NCBI RefSeq assembly: GCF_016293645.1
Contig: NZ_JAEDDW010000002.1
DNA: 64,000 bases
Reading direction: 5' to 3' (one strand)
Origin: Treponema sp.
Lineage (GTDB): Bacteria > Spirochaetota > Spirochaetia > Treponematales > Treponemataceae
Under the pieces are notes generated by a model. That model did no database searches and had not been told where the DNA came from. It saw only the letters and a program-made list of their open reading frames with translations. How positions within the stretch are numbered: position 1 is the stretch's first letter; every line of letters starts with the position of its first letter. Positions 62,143 through 64,000 of this stretch are shown here, one piece after another. The translations under genes and the position numbers were made by a program.

Positions 62143-64000
62143 ATGCTGAAAGTAAAATCGAACAAGGCGTTTCATTTTGATATCGCTTCCATAGATAAAA
62201 AGCTTCTGAACGGTAAACGAAATTTGACTGCGGCCGAGATCAAGATACTTGAATCTAATTTCAATGTTTCTGAAGATCCACAGTGGAAAAATGTATTTGT
62301 AAGCTGTGATGAAAATGGTTTTGATCCTGCCATGATCAGACATTCGGAATTCCATGGGTATGTAATTCTTGGTGAACTGACTGACAGTTCCATTACTTAT
62401 CACGATCTTGAGCTGAATACTGGAATCACCCATTCCTATCTCCAGGATGTTGTTGTCGGTGATAATTGTGCTATACATAATGTCAGATATCTTGTCAATT
62501 ACAGATTGGGTGACCGTGTAATACTTTTCAACATCCAGGAAATGTGTTGCACCAGGCATTCAAAATTCGGAGAAGGAATCCTAAAGGAAAATGAACCCGA
62601 AGAAAACCGGATCTGGATTGGAGTCGGCAATGAAAATGGAAATCGTTCCGTCCTTCCGTTTGAGGATCTCATTCCTGCTGATGCCTACATCTGGTCGAGA
62701 TACAGAGAAGACAAAAAACTCATGGACCGTTTTGTCGAACTTACAGAATATGGAAAATCAAAAAAGTGGGATACTTACGGAATCGTTGGAAATGATGTCG
62801 TTATAAAGAATTCTACGCTGCTGAAAGATGTCAAGGTCGGAGAGTGCACATATATAAAGGGTGCATTTAAGCTTAAGAACATCATGATTCTTTCCTCCGA
62901 AAATGAACCAAGTCAGATAGGCGAGGGGGTTGAACTTGTCAACGGTATCGTCGGTTATGGATGTCATATCTTCTATCAGGCTGTTGCCGTTAGATTTGTC
63001 ATTGGAAGAAACTGTCAGCTTAAATATGGTGCCCGTCTTCTGAATTCCGTTCTGGGAGACAACTCTACCGTTTCATGCTGTGAACTTCTGAACAATCTGA
63101 TTTATCCTTTCCATGAGCAGCATCATAATTCTTCATTCCTTATCGCCTCTACGATCATGGGGCAGTCCAATATCGCCAGTGCGGCAACTATTGGATCAAA
63201 TCATAATTCAAGAAGTCCTGACTGTGAGATGATTGCAGGTCGTGGTTTCTGGCCTGGTTTGTGTTCCGACTTCAAATTTGATTCCAGGTTTGCCTCTTTT
63301 GTCCTTGCATCAAAAGGCACTTATCGCCATGAACTGAACATTACCTATCCGTTTTCATTGATTGCTCCAGATTATGAAAACAACAGCGTCCATATAATTC
63401 CGGCTTACTGGTTCCTGTACAATATGTTTGCCATCGTCAGGAACAAATACAAGTTTGCCTCCCGTGACAAGCGCTTTAAAGTAGTTCAGCATATTGAGAC
63501 AAATCCTCTTGCTCCGGATACGGTCCAGGAAATTGTTTTTTCAATCAATAGGCTCATTGAACTTACATCAAGATATCTCAACATGAATGAATGTGATGCT
63601 GAAAAATACACCAAGGAAATCTGTGATATGGATTTCTACAGGGAATGCAGGAGAAAAATAAAGGAATGTATGCCTGAGGATGTTCTTGTGATTGCAAAGG
63701 ATTTTCTGCATAAGAACTACGAATCCAAGTTCCTTCTTGTTGATGACCGATGTCAGAATAAATACGGTGCGATTGTCTACAAACCTTCACAGGCTTACAG
63801 AGAATACAGACGTGTGCTTAAATACTTTGCCGCAGAGTCTCTTATGGCTTATGTTGTCAGAAAAAACAAGGAATCTCTTTCAGTTGAGGATATTACGGAA
63901 ATCAAGAAGATTCCTCTGTACAATGAATGGTCAAATGTCGGTGGTCAGGTCATACCGAACGCAAAAATACAGGAGCTGATTTTCAAGATTAAAAATGGAG
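62143..64000 (+). CDS. DUF4954-like protein, 3'-truncated by the window end (absent from ORF track)
   Basis: Frame from ATG 62143 (MLKVKSNKAFHFD...) appears open to the end; V.NENG.R.VLPF, CCELLNNL..PFHEQHHNSSFLIA and ATIGSNHNSR; hexapeptide beta-helix character. Confidence 0.8.
   Translation, partial: MLKVKSNKAFHFDIASIDKKLLNGKRNLTAAEIKILESNFNVSEDPQWKNVFVSCDENGFDPAMIRHSEFHGYVILGELTDSSITYHDLELNTGITHSYLQDVVVGDNCAIHNVRYLVNYRLGDRVILFNIQEMCCTRHSKFGEGILKENEPEENRIWIGVGNENGNRSVLPFEDLIPADAYIWSRYREDKKLMDRFVELTEYGKSKKWDTYGIVGNDVVIKNSTLLKDVKVGECTYIKGAFKLKNIMILSSENEPSQIGEGVELVNGIVGYGCHIFYQAVAVRFVIGRNCQLKYGARLLNSVLGDNSTVSCCELLNNLIYPFHEQHHNSSFLIASTIMGQSNIASAATIGSNHNSRSPDCEMIAGRGFWPGLCSDFKFDSRFASFVLASKGTYRHELNITYPFSLIAPDYENNSVHIIPAYWFLYNMFAIVRNKYKFASRDKRFKVVQHIETNPLAPDTVQEIVFSINRLIELTSRYLNMNECDAEKYTKEICDMDFYRECRRKIKECMPEDVLVIAKDFLHKNYESKFLLVDDRCQNKYGAIVYKPSQAYREYRRVLKYFAAESLMAYVVRKNKESLSVEDITEIKKIPLYNEWSNVGGQVIPNAKIQELIFKIKNG

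Noticed and set aside
62065..63979. Short ORFs listed in the track for the last 2 kb
   Set aside because: Explained by one long plus-strand gene from 62143 that has no stop inside the window

Overview
A 64-kb, mostly core-genome segment of a spirochaete, most likely a gut/rumen Treponema-like organism (inferred from gene content such as a giant membrane-anchored coiled-coil protein, carD-ispDF and NusA with a C-terminal zinc ribbon). In order it holds: a TPR protein/outer-membrane barrel/ExbB/ExbD/TonB-like cluster; a HAD hydrolase; an 1887-aa coiled-coil protein; a structured intergenic element; ispDF-carD; a signal-less GH5; a stand-alone Cas2-like gene with no CRISPR array, upstream of prfB; ftsY and lolCDE-like genes; mcsA-mcsB-clpC; rimP-nusA-infB-rbfA; a MATE transporter; a preQ1-I riboswitch ahead of yhhQ-queF; a truB-FAD synthetase fusion; rpsO-pnp; an M16 peptidase; dut; lptF/lptG; tgt; a HEAT-repeat protein; tRNA-Leu(GAG); a DUF554-type protein; a sugar ABC ATPase; an RNB exoribonuclease; metY-aroF-tyrA-apt; an inactive M16-like protein; and a partial DUF4954-like gene missing from the ORF track. 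No phage, transposase or CRISPR array was seen. The best candidates for new biology are the orphan Cas2-like gene on a bidirectional leaderless promoter, a Cys-containing leader peptide in a structured metY leader, an McsB lacking its catalytic residues, repeated leaderless gene architecture, and the TPR/barrel/Ton cluster. All calls come from reading motifs by eye; no database searches were run.
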